Source: an uncultured virus (IMG/VR IMGVR_UViG_3300026549_002477) (lineage: Duplodnaviria; Heunggongvirae; Uroviricota; Caudoviricetes). From it: a DNA stretch of 20,000 nucleotides. The position numbers and the translations under genes were made by a program. Each line of letters starts with the position of its first letter. Position 1 is the first letter of the stretch. The notes beneath the pieces are model-generated. The model had not been told where the DNA came from. It saw only the letters and a program-made list of their open reading frames with translations, and searched no databases. The stretch is from IMG/VR virus record IMGVR_UViG_3300026549_002477, one strand, 5' to 3'. This document shows, one piece after another, positions 1 through 8,152 of the stretch.

Positions 1-222
1 AAATATATTATTCAAAAGCCATCAGAAATGAAGCAGAAAGAACAGAGAGAAAAAGAAGAGAATGAAAAGAGACTTGAGATTGAAGAAGAGCTTAAACACC
101 AAGAAGCAATGCGATTAGCTCAAATTGAAGCAGAGTCAAACAATGTAGCTAAATCAAATTCAAATACATTGAGTGTTATGGATACAAATAAAATTAGTAG
201 AGATCCAAATTCTGAATTATAA
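1..222 (+). CDS. 3' end of hypothetical protein (charged, coiled-coil-like), truncated by the window edge
   Basis: Frame is open from base 1 (aaa tat att att caa...) to TAA at 220-222. E/K/Q-rich sequence. Confidence 0.6.
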   Translation, partial: KYIIQKPSEMKQKEQREKEENEKRLEIEEELKHQEAMRLAQIEAESNNVAKSNSNTLSVMDTNKISRDPNSEL

Positions 223-237
223 TGAATCGGAGTAAAT

Positions 238-1173
238 ATGGGAATTACATTTGAAGAAGCTTCGAAATACAATCTGATTAAAAAAGAAACATTAAGAATA
301 TTGCCAAGTAAGTGTGGTTGTGGTGCTCCAGTGGAGTTAAGTGATTCATTGAGAGAGTTATATTGCACAGATAGAAATTGTAAATATAACTTAACTTTTA
401 GAATAGTTGAATTTTGTGAAAAGTTAAACATACCAATTTCTAATGACATTGCAAACAGATTGGTTACAAAGTACAATCTGATTAGTACATATCAGATGAT
501 GCAGATTGGACAGATAAATGATTTGTCATTAAGAAATACAAAGATAGGTATAGCTGGGATAAAAGATAAAACATTTACATTATCTGAGATAGCAAAGTTG
601 AGTTGCATAGATGACATAGAATATATAGCTGACAAGATATTTTCAGGGTTTAGTAGCTTTGAAGAATTTTTTGATGAGTTGGATAGAAGTCAGGTAACAT
701 TTTTAAATGCTAGGCTTGGCATATATGGAAATGCAACATCATTAAGCGTTCAAGTACTAACAGAATTGAATAGTTTAAGAGAAGAGTTAATTTTTGGAGA
801 GACAGTATTAAAGATTAAACATATAGATAAAAATATAATCAGAGTTGTTTTTAGTGATAGCTCAGAGCCATTTATGAATCGTAGCGAGGCAATAGAGTAT
901 TTGAACAGTCAATATAATAACTATGACTTTGAATTGTTTAGCCAAGTTAACGAATCTACTGATATACTTATTATGAATTCTGACTCTAATAATGAAAAAT
1001 ATCGAGATGCAAAGATAATAAATGATGATTATGTAGAAAAATTAATGAACAATGAAGAGATTGAATATGACGAGATAGGATCATTTAAAGATAAATCATT
1101 TAAACCAGTAGGAAGTAAGATATACATTGACAGTCTTACTAATATAATTAATAGATTTAACGAGATAGCATAA
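238..1173 (+). CDS. LigA C-terminal-like protein (C4 Zn finger, HhH-like region, degenerate BRCT) lacking adenylation and OB domains
   Basis: LPSKCGCG...LYCTDRNC resembles the NAD-dependent ligase Zn finger. RVVFSDS..MNRSEAIEYL...SQVNESTDILI...KYRDAK resembles the LigA BRCT. No KxDG motif. GGAG RBS upstream. Confidence 0.6.
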   Translation: MGITFEEASKYNLIKKETLRILPSKCGCGAPVELSDSLRELYCTDRNCKYNLTFRIVEFCEKLNIPISNDIANRLVTKYNLISTYQMMQIGQINDLSLRNTKIGIAGIKDKTFTLSEIAKLSCIDDIEYIADKIFSGFSSFEEFFDELDRSQVTFLNARLGIYGNATSLSVQVLTELNSLREELIFGETVLKIKHIDKNIIRVVFSDSSEPFMNRSEAIEYLNSQYNNYDFELFSQVNESTDILIMNSDSNNEKYRDAKIINDDYVEKLMNNEEIEYDEIGSFKDKSFKPVGSKIYIDSLTNIINRFNEIA

Positions 1174-1174
1174 A

Positions 1175-1618
1175 ATGTATAAAGTAACTGGAAAACTTAT
1201 AAAAAATCTTGAGATTTATGCAGTAACAGCTATAGATGAGGATAATGAAGACAATAAGATTTTTACTTACAGTGATGCTGTTAAACTTGCTCGTAGAAAT
1301 GAATTATCAAATGCTAGGGCTATTGTGAGTTCAGCAGATGGAAGTTTTATGTTAGCTGTGGATGGCGGAATAGATAAACTTCCAACTTGGAGTACAAACA
1401 GAAAAGCTACTATAATAGGACGTATAGTTGAAAATGGAGCTTGTACTGGATATAAAGTAATAAGCGCTGATGGAAAAGAACTCAATATTCAAAGTGATAA
1501 AGTTTGGGAATTAGCTGACCAAGGAAGAATTCAGGACATAAAGGCAAGATTAACAAACAAGGGTAAAGCTTTGATAAGCAGTGGAGATACAGATTTGAGT
1601 ACACTGCCAGAAAATTAG
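1175..1618 (+). CDS. Hypothetical protein with two tandem copies of a ~70-aa domain also seen in ORFs 2563 and 6327
   Basis: The halves YKVTGKLIK..AVKLARRNELSNARAI and ATIIGRIV..GYKVISADGK..VWELADQGRIQDIKARL are similar. Starts directly after the upstream stop. Confidence 0.7.
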   Translation: MYKVTGKLIKNLEIYAVTAIDEDNEDNKIFTYSDAVKLARRNELSNARAIVSSADGSFMLAVDGGIDKLPTWSTNRKATIIGRIVENGACTGYKVISADGKELNIQSDKVWELADQGRIQDIKARLTNKGKALISSGDTDLSTLPEN

Positions 1619-1661
1619 ATCATCTAGTTAGCAAAAATAGAAGAATTTTTGAAAAAAGTAG

Positions 1662-1690
1662 TTGATTTTAGTTTGTGGTTGTGATAAAGT
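1662..1690 (+). promoter_or_regulatory. Putative sigma70/SigA promoter for the infC leader
   Basis: TTGATT (1662-1667), 17-bp spacer, extended -10 TGaTAAAGT (hexamer 1685-1690), A-rich tract upstream. Confidence 0.5.
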
Positions 1691-1804
1691 AAAAGTGTAG
1701 AAAGAGGTGGATGGAAGGGTTGTGTATGTACCATTGGACAGGTGCAGGTACGCCCGATCCATAAAACCATACAATGTTGCAAGAGGTACTATTTAAAATG
1801 ATTT

Positions 1805-1910
1805 ACAACTCCTATAATCAAAACTAAATCCAGATGATATTGAAAGACAGGAAGTTTTTCGTTCATCTGGATTTAGTTTTGCTCATAGGAGCAATATAGC
1901 AGTTGGTTGT
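1805..1910 (+). other. Long rod-like inverted repeat in the infC leader
   Basis: Perfect 19-bp IR caaaactaaatccagatga (1819-1837) / tcatctggatttagttttg (1863-1881). Extended outside by ctcctat/ataggag and inside by gaaagac/gtttttc. Confidence 0.75.
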
Positions 1911-1954
1911 GTATAAATATTCTATTCTTAGGAGGAGAAGTAAACAACTGAATT

Positions 1955-2455
1955 ATGATTACAATTAATAATGAGATCGATGCCGCTAATGTTAAGCTCG
2001 TGAAGGAGGACGGGACAGGTGTAGAGATTATTCCTACTTCTGAAGCGTTGAGTATGGCTGAGGAAAGGGGAGAAGACCTGATTTGCATTAGTAATTCTGG
2101 GGATATACCTGTTGTAAAGATTGAAGATTACAACAAGTATATGTATAATCTCAAGAGAAAAGCTAAGGATAAGCAGAAGAAACAGAAGTCATGCGACACA
2201 AAAGAGATTGTGATCAGTGATGTGATTGCTGAGCATGACTTGGATGTGAAAGCTAAACATATTGATAAGATGCTTAATGACGGAGATAAGGTTCTGCTGA
2301 CAATCCGATACAAAGGACGGGCAGTGAAGTTTATTGATGAAGGCCCAGATAAGTTGTACCATTTAGCTGAAAAGGTTACTGCTCCTTATAAGATTGAGAA
2401 GAAACCTAAGATTAATGGGAATACAGTAAGCATGATGATATCTGCTAAAAACTAA
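1955..2455 (+). CDS. infC: Translation initiation factor IF-3
   Basis: INNEI..VKLV...EALSMAEERGEDLICIS...PVVKIEDYNKYMY (IF3-N) and KEIVIS..IAEHDLDVK...GDKVLLTIRYKGR (IF3-C). Confidence 0.93.
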   Translation: MITINNEIDAANVKLVKEDGTGVEIIPTSEALSMAEERGEDLICISNSGDIPVVKIEDYNKYMYNLKRKAKDKQKKQKSCDTKEIVISDVIAEHDLDVKAKHIDKMLNDGDKVLLTIRYKGRAVKFIDEGPDKLYHLAEKVTAPYKIEKKPKINGNTVSMMISAKN

Positions 2456-2463
2456 ATATACGG

Positions 2464-2494
2464 GTGGTAGGATATATTGTCCTACCACTTTTTT
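2464..2494 (+). terminator. Rho-independent terminator after infC
   Basis: Stem gtggtagga / tcctaccac followed by T6. Confidence 0.85.
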
Positions 2495-2562
2495 ATTGCA
2501 TCATAAAAATTGACCAATTTTATAGTTACCAATGTAATTTAAATTTAGTTTTTGGAGGTGAC

Positions 2563-4995
2563 ATGATGTTTTATCTGTTAGGCATAATATACAATGCTAA
2601 TAATAAAGATATTTGCGGATACAGAATATGTAATACTGACAATATAAAAGTTGTCAATAATACTCCATATGTAGAATGTCACGACATTGGTGCTAAAGCT
2701 GTTTATCAAGGTATATTGAATAAACAGATAGATATAAATGGTCTTGGTTTGGATTCAAAAAATCCTGGAGAATTAAAAGGAACCAATGGAGTTTTTGAAG
2801 GATATCCAATTATAATAGCAGCAAAAGGGAATAATGGAGTAACAAAATCTTTAGTTAATACTGGTAGAAATATACTTGTAGGTTCTATAGGAACTGATGG
2901 ATATAGAATTATATCTGGGGAAGGAAGAGTATTTGACTTAAGATTAAATGATATACTTGTTACAATTCCATTGAATAGGATAAAGGATTCTATATCAAAT
3001 GCAAAAGTAATTAAGCGTGATAACATGATATATTTGTCACCTAAGGGTGACGGGCCACTTCCTGAAATACCTGAAGAAAAATCATTCTTACCTAAGGAAA
3101 AGAAGGATTTTACTAAAGTCAAAGTTAATGATAAGAAAGAAATAAAGACTGAACAGGATAAAAAATTAAATGCAAATGGAATAAATATTTCTACAGTTAA
3201 AAAGATGAGAAACCGTAGTGATATTTATAGTCCATATAGGCCAAGGGTAATAACAAATGCTACTAGACAAGAATCTATGAGAAAAGTCAAGGATCCTAAA
3301 AGTGGAATGACTGTAGAACAGAAGATGGCTTATTGCCTGTTAGGTTTACAGGAGTTAAAACCTTTTTACTATGCACTTTTAGCTGGACTTAAAAGAGTAG
3401 AAGTTGATCAAGAGAAAACTGGTATAAATACAATGGCTGTGTCAATGGACACATTGTTTTATTCACCAGAATTTGTATTGACAACACCAGTAGATGAATT
3501 ATTATTTGTTGTAATGCATGAAGTTAGCCATGTAGCAATGGCACATGCAGCTCGTGAAGATGATAGAGATCATTACTATTGGAATGTAGCTTGTGACTTA
3601 TACATAAATAAAACTATTGCTGATGAGATAAAAGTACAAAATCCTGGTGACTCTGGAGTACTTCAGTCAGCATTACATGGTAAAGTTTTGTATAATATTA
3701 CACTGCCAGAACATGTATTGTTTAATCCAGAGGTAGATGTAAAGACAGATACACCGGAATCAATTTATAGGGAATTAAAAAAGCAAAATGATGATCAAAA
3801 ACAGGGTAATGGTCAACAAGGCAGTGGTCAACAAGGCAGTGGTCAACAAGGCAGTGGTCAACAAGGCAGTGGCCAGCAGAGTGGGAACCAGCAAGAAAAT
3901 AATGATCAGCAAGGCAGTGGCCAACAAAATGATCAGCAAGGCAGTGGCCAACAAAATGATCAGCAAGGCAGTGGCCAACAAAATGATCAGCAAGGCAGTG
4001 GTCAACAAAATGATCAGCAAGGAAATAACGAACAACAGAACAATGGCAATCAACAAGGAACTGATGGTGATCAATCTAAATATGGTGATAAACAAGGAGC
4101 CGATGAAGCAGATCAACAAGGTCCTGATCCAAAACGTAGCCTAGAAGGAAAAGAGTTTAGAGGTCACAAATTAAGTAATACTAAATCAGACATGGTACAG
4201 TCTGAAAAAGAAAGTAAACTTGACAATGCTGTAAAACAACAACTAGCAAGAGATAGAATCAAGAGGGCTATTACTACTGCTAGAACTGCTGGATATGGCA
4301 ATAAAATGTTTGGTGTTGGTGCAGGAAATCTTGAAGGTGAACTTCAAAAGATTTTAGCACCAAAGGTTGACTGGAGAAGAGCTATTAAAGGGTACGTTTT
4401 AAAGAAGTCTAATAAAACGGAAACTAATTACAAAGCTTATAAGAGATCTGATATAACTAGGTCACAGATGTTTCATCCAGAGAGAAGAAATGCTCCAATA
4501 ATAATTCCAAGACCAGGGCAAAAGAAAATAGATGCTGATCTTACAGGTTTAAAGATATGCATAGATACTTCTGGGTCAATAAGTACAGATGAATTAAACA
4601 CATTTGCATCTCAGGTAATGCAATTAACTGGCGTTAGATACAGAAGTAAATATCATATAGTGGCTCCAGAAGTTATTTATTGGGACAGTAGTGTTTCAGC
4701 AGTATATCAGCTAGATAAGATAGAAGACATAATAAAATCCAAGCCAATGGGTGGAGGAGGAACTGATCCGAATTGTTTGTTTAGCTACTTTGAGACAAAT
4801 AAGGATTATTCAAAAGGTATTAGATCAAAGCCTGAATTAGTTGTTATATTTACTGATGGTTATGTGCCAGACATAGCAGATAAATATAGTAAATTAAGAT
4901 ATAGAGTAATTTGGGTTCTTACCACTCAACATAATGGACTTTTTAAGCCAGGAGTTGGAAAAGTTTGTACAATCAATTGCGATGAATTAGTATAG
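2563..4995 (+). CDS. DUF2201-like protein: N-terminal repeat domain, HEXXH metallopeptidase-like domain, Q/G/N linker, C-terminal VWA domain
   Basis: TMAVSMDTLFYSPEF...VVMHEVSHV...WNVACDLYIN. VWA MIDAS CIDTSGSI, GGGGTD, VIFTDG. Start moved to ATG 2563 (or 2566) behind GGAGGTG, because the GTG at 2464 lies inside the terminator. Confidence 0.85.
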   Translation: MMFYLLGIIYNANNKDICGYRICNTDNIKVVNNTPYVECHDIGAKAVYQGILNKQIDINGLGLDSKNPGELKGTNGVFEGYPIIIAAKGNNGVTKSLVNTGRNILVGSIGTDGYRIISGEGRVFDLRLNDILVTIPLNRIKDSISNAKVIKRDNMIYLSPKGDGPLPEIPEEKSFLPKEKKDFTKVKVNDKKEIKTEQDKKLNANGINISTVKKMRNRSDIYSPYRPRVITNATRQESMRKVKDPKSGMTVEQKMAYCLLGLQELKPFYYALLAGLKRVEVDQEKTGINTMAVSMDTLFYSPEFVLTTPVDELLFVVMHEVSHVAMAHAAREDDRDHYYWNVACDLYINKTIADEIKVQNPGDSGVLQSALHGKVLYNITLPEHVLFNPEVDVKTDTPESIYRELKKQNDDQKQGNGQQGSGQQGSGQQGSGQQGSGQQSGNQQENNDQQGSGQQNDQQGSGQQNDQQGSGQQNDQQGSGQQNDQQGNNEQQNNGNQQGTDGDQSKYGDKQGADEADQQGPDPKRSLEGKEFRGHKLSNTKSDMVQSEKESKLDNAVKQQLARDRIKRAITTARTAGYGNKMFGVGAGNLEGELQKILAPKVDWRRAIKGYVLKKSNKTETNYKAYKRSDITRSQMFHPERRNAPIIIPRPGQKKIDADLTGLKICIDTSGSISTDELNTFASQVMQLTGVRYRSKYHIVAPEVIYWDSSVSAVYQLDKIEDIIKSKPMGGGGTDPNCLFSYFETNKDYSKGIRSKPELVVIFTDGYVPDIADKYSKLRYRVIWVLTTQHNGLFKPGVGKVCTINCDELV
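3811..4023 (+). repeat. In-frame tandem repeats encoding GQQGS and NDQQGSGQQ
   Basis: 4 x ggtcaacaaggcagt (3811-3870). 4 x 27-bp aatgatcagcaaggcagtggYcaacaa (3901-4008) plus a partial copy. Confidence 0.95.
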
Positions 4996-5017
4996 ATTAA
5001 TAGGAGGATATTAGACA

Positions 5018-6310
5018 ATGGGAACATCTAATATGAGTTTAAAGCAGTTTAGAGATTGCGTAAAAGAAGAAATTGAAGCCAGCATGGCTACAGATAATCC
5101 TGATGAACAGCTTTGGGGACCTGACCTTGCTCTTGGGCCTGCTGGCATGGGTAAAACTTGGAGCATTCATGCATTAGCAAAAGAGCTTGGAATTGGATAT
5201 AAAGAAATACGTTTACTGAGCATAGATCCTCAGGACATTACTGGTCTTGTCGATATTCAAGAGATATATCAGAAAAAGCCTGACGGAAGTCTAGTTCTTG
5301 ATGCCAATGGCAGTCCTATTCCTGTCCGTGATTCTAATGGCAATATTAAGAAGAAAACAAGTTATTTTGCAAATGAACTTATGCCACGTGTAGAAACTGA
5401 TGGAGAATATGGTATTCTTGTATTTGATGAAATTACATCAGCATCTAGGGCAAATAGAACAGCTGTATATGGTTTACTTGACTCAACTAGAAAGATTGGT
5501 AGCTATGTATTACCACCACACTGGAAGGTAGTTTGTTTAGGAAACAGTATTAATGATGGTGGTGACTTTGAAGGTTTGGAGCAGGCATTTATTTCTAGAT
5601 GCACAACTGCTACATATCTAAATTGCAACACGGATGACTGGCTTGACTGGGCTCGTGCAAATAATGTCAACCCATCAGTAATAGCATACATTGAGTATGA
5701 TAAGTCAAGACTGTATCCACATAGTCTTGGTGACGTAAATGATTCTGATTTTGAAGAGGGTGGCATTGCTCTTAATCCTACACCTCGTAGCTGGACAGCT
5801 CTTAGTAGTAAATTGACAATCTATGAAAAGATGCTTAAACAGAAGACTGGTCAGGAATACCTTCCATACGAGAGAGTGGAATTATATGCTCAGGCAACTG
5901 TCGGTGATGAATTTTCATCAGAGTTTGCAACTTTTTACAACCTTAATAATGAATTGATTCCTATTGAAAGCATTATTAAAGGCGAAGTAACTAAAGAGCA
6001 AACAAATAGAGTTGATGATGAAGTCATTTATCTGACAATAGAGCACGTATTAAACTATTTTATTACTAATATGCAGGGGCAGTATGAAAAAACACAGAGT
6101 GTGACTGACGATGATATTACAGCAGCTGCAAATGTGTCTAACTGGTTTATTGATTTAGCTGACAGAGCTCTTGATATGTCAGTAACTGGTATAAAATTAT
6201 TGTCTGCTAAAGCAACAGTATTTTCAAGTGCTGTACTTGAACCAAGCTTTGATGCTAAATGTCCTAGGTTTAGTGAATTCTGTATCAATAACAGCATCAT
6301 AATGAAGTAA
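5018..6310 (+). CDS. MoxR-like (AAA_5) ATPase, likely partner of the VWA protein
   Basis: Walker A GPAGMGKT, Walker B ILVFDE, RKIGSYVLPPHWKVVCLGN, TPRSW motif. AGGAGG RBS. Confidence 0.88.
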   Translation: MGTSNMSLKQFRDCVKEEIEASMATDNPDEQLWGPDLALGPAGMGKTWSIHALAKELGIGYKEIRLLSIDPQDITGLVDIQEIYQKKPDGSLVLDANGSPIPVRDSNGNIKKKTSYFANELMPRVETDGEYGILVFDEITSASRANRTAVYGLLDSTRKIGSYVLPPHWKVVCLGNSINDGGDFEGLEQAFISRCTTATYLNCNTDDWLDWARANNVNPSVIAYIEYDKSRLYPHSLGDVNDSDFEEGGIALNPTPRSWTALSSKLTIYEKMLKQKTGQEYLPYERVELYAQATVGDEFSSEFATFYNLNNELIPIESIIKGEVTKEQTNRVDDEVIYLTIEHVLNYFITNMQGQYEKTQSVTDDDITAAANVSNWFIDLADRALDMSVTGIKLLSAKATVFSSAVLEPSFDAKCPRFSEFCINNSIIMK

Positions 6311-6326
6311 GGGAGGACTTATAGAA

Positions 6327-7328
6327 ATGAGTAAGTTTGGCATCGTATATAATATATCAGAAATCACAGTCAAGAATAAACTTGGAAAAAATGAAAAAGT
6401 ACTTGTGTTTGGTGGGTTACTCGTAAATATTGAGGGATATGGAAAGCCAAACCCTAAGTTTTCTTTTGAAACAAGAAATCTGTCAGTTAGCCAGATTAAA
6501 TCTAGTATAGAGCATGGTTTTAAGTGGACTAATGTAGGGGTTAGGAATGGAAAAGTCATTGGAACTACTGGTTCACTATCAAGGTTTAAAGATAGACCAT
6601 GGGTTATTGTAACTGAAATAATAACAAATGATAAGAGAGTCATAGGATATAGGCTTGTAAGCCCTGAAGGAAAGGTTGTACGTGTTAGATTGAAAGAGCT
6701 GGTTGGGTTTGGTATTAGAATGACTAATGCAAAGAAAATACCAATCCAGAATGCTATCTTTGTTCCAGCACAGAATGGTAAAACTGCTTACTTTAGAGCT
6801 AATGAAGGACAGAGTTTCTTAAAGGAGATTTACCTGATCAATAAAAATCCATATGCTGATAAGAGAAGAGTTGCAACTCAGCAAAATGGTAAGTTAATAG
6901 AAAGTACTAAGTCAAGTCAGATTAGAAGACTTGAAGACATTTATTCAAGAGATCAGATCAATGAACTCAGACTTGGTAAACATAATGGTGTAGATATTAG
7001 AGTATTTGCTAATCCTGCATTAAGTGCTGAGCAAATGAAGGTACTTAGAGAGGGAATGGAGAGTAAAGTCAATGTTAGACCTTATGCTTTTCCAGAGTAT
7101 AAGACAAACAGCATGAGATTCTATATAGACTTGCAGGAAAATGGGTTTAATATCAGACAGATTTTAAATCCTAAGTATAATTTAAGTCAGCTTAATGAAT
7201 TATCATTAGCATATATGGAAGGGCTTGACATATCAAAGATGTGTAATCCTAATATTAAAGCTGATGAAATGTCTGAGATTCGTGAAAGACTTGAGTTTGA
7301 TGCTTGGGATAAGTTAAGCTCTAAGTGA
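6327..7328 (+). CDS. Hypothetical protein: shared N-terminal domain plus C-terminal helical repeats
   Basis: GYRLVSPEGKVVRVRLKEL..IQNA. C-terminal ~26-aa repeats QINELRLGKHNGVDIRVFANP / QMKVLREGMESKVNVRPYAFP / QLNELSLAYMEGLDISKMCNP. GGAGG RBS. Confidence 0.8.
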   Translation: MSKFGIVYNISEITVKNKLGKNEKVLVFGGLLVNIEGYGKPNPKFSFETRNLSVSQIKSSIEHGFKWTNVGVRNGKVIGTTGSLSRFKDRPWVIVTEIITNDKRVIGYRLVSPEGKVVRVRLKELVGFGIRMTNAKKIPIQNAIFVPAQNGKTAYFRANEGQSFLKEIYLINKNPYADKRRVATQQNGKLIESTKSSQIRRLEDIYSRDQINELRLGKHNGVDIRVFANPALSAEQMKVLREGMESKVNVRPYAFPEYKTNSMRFYIDLQENGFNIRQILNPKYNLSQLNELSLAYMEGLDISKMCNPNIKADEMSEIRERLEFDAWDKLSSK

Positions 7329-7348
7329 TTGGCAGGAGATAGATTAAA

Positions 7349-7627
7349 ATGTATAAAGGCGATGGTAGTTTTAAGACTGATTTAGTCATAAATGGTGAGA
7401 AGGCACATCTTGAAGATTCATTGTTTTATCTAATTGAACATGAAAAAGAGTGTGCAAGCATTTATAATCAATGTGTAAGTGGTTATAATGATGCTGTGGA
7501 CTTGGGTGGAAATGCTGACAAGGCTAGAAAAAAGTGCATTGAAGCTAAGATGAACCTAGAAAATAGCCGTAGAGATTTAGGTGTTTATGTTAGGAATTTA
7601 ATTAATTTAGCAGAGCAGGGAGAATAA
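7349..7627 (+). CDS. Hypothetical protein
   Basis: 92-aa ORF with AGGAG RBS, tightly packed with neighbours. Confidence 0.7.
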   Translation: MYKGDGSFKTDLVINGEKAHLEDSLFYLIEHEKECASIYNQCVSGYNDAVDLGGNADKARKKCIEAKMNLENSRRDLGVYVRNLINLAEQGE

Positions 7628-7628
7628 C

Positions 7629-7820
7629 ATGAGCATCAAATCTACTGAGCAGTATATATTTAATCCAAAAATCCAAAAAGGCGAGGATGTTGAGGAAATT
7701 AAACCTAGGATTTTAGTTAGAAAGCCTGATGGAACTTTTGCTAAAAAATGTCCAGAATGCGGTGCCATAGTACATATTGACTCTACTCTGTGTAGTCATT
7801 GTGGGGCAATGTTAAAGTAG
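7629..7820 (+). CDS. Small zinc-ribbon protein
   Basis: CPECG...CSHCG. GGAG RBS. Confidence 0.75.
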   Translation: MSIKSTEQYIFNPKIQKGEDVEEIKPRILVRKPDGTFAKKCPECGAIVHIDSTLCSHCGAMLK

Positions 7821-7837
7821 TAGTATGGAGGTACAAG

Positions 7838-8032
7838 ATGGACAGTATAAGATTGAGTGTGGATGATTTACTTAGTAAGCTACAATCAATGTATGATGAC
7901 GGGTATGCAACTGTTGAGCTGACTTTAAATAGCGATGGTTACGAGAGTGAGATTGAGGTAAAAGCAGTCAGTTTTGATTCTGAAGACCCTATTGACTATG
8001 GGATTGTACCTGAAATAGATGATGAGTTTTAA
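7838..8032 (+). CDS. Small acidic hypothetical protein
   Basis: ATG 7838 follows GGAGG and is in frame with track ORF 7799-8032. Confidence 0.7.
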   Translation: MDSIRLSVDDLLSKLQSMYDDGYATVELTLNSDGYESEIEVKAVSFDSEDPIDYGIVPEIDDEF

Positions 8033-8059
8033 ATTAGTGAAAAATCAGAATTTTTATGT

Positions 8060-8099
8060 AAAGGTTGGCTACTTATAATATTTAGTAGCTAACCTTTTT
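8060..8099 (+). terminator. Rho-independent terminator
   Basis: Stem aaaggttggctact / agtagctaaccttt ending in a T-run. Confidence 0.8.
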
Positions 8100-8152
8100 G
8101 TATATTAAGATAGTTTTTAAATTTTTAATTAATATGTTTTTGGAGGATGCAG

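Noticed and set aside
2464..2562. GTG start for the VWA protein
   Set aside because: It lies within the infC terminator, and ATG 2563 has a good RBS.
3775..4144. Alternative-frame and antisense ORFs over the Q-rich repeat
   Set aside because: By-products of stop-free tandem repeats. The same applies to 11391-11897.
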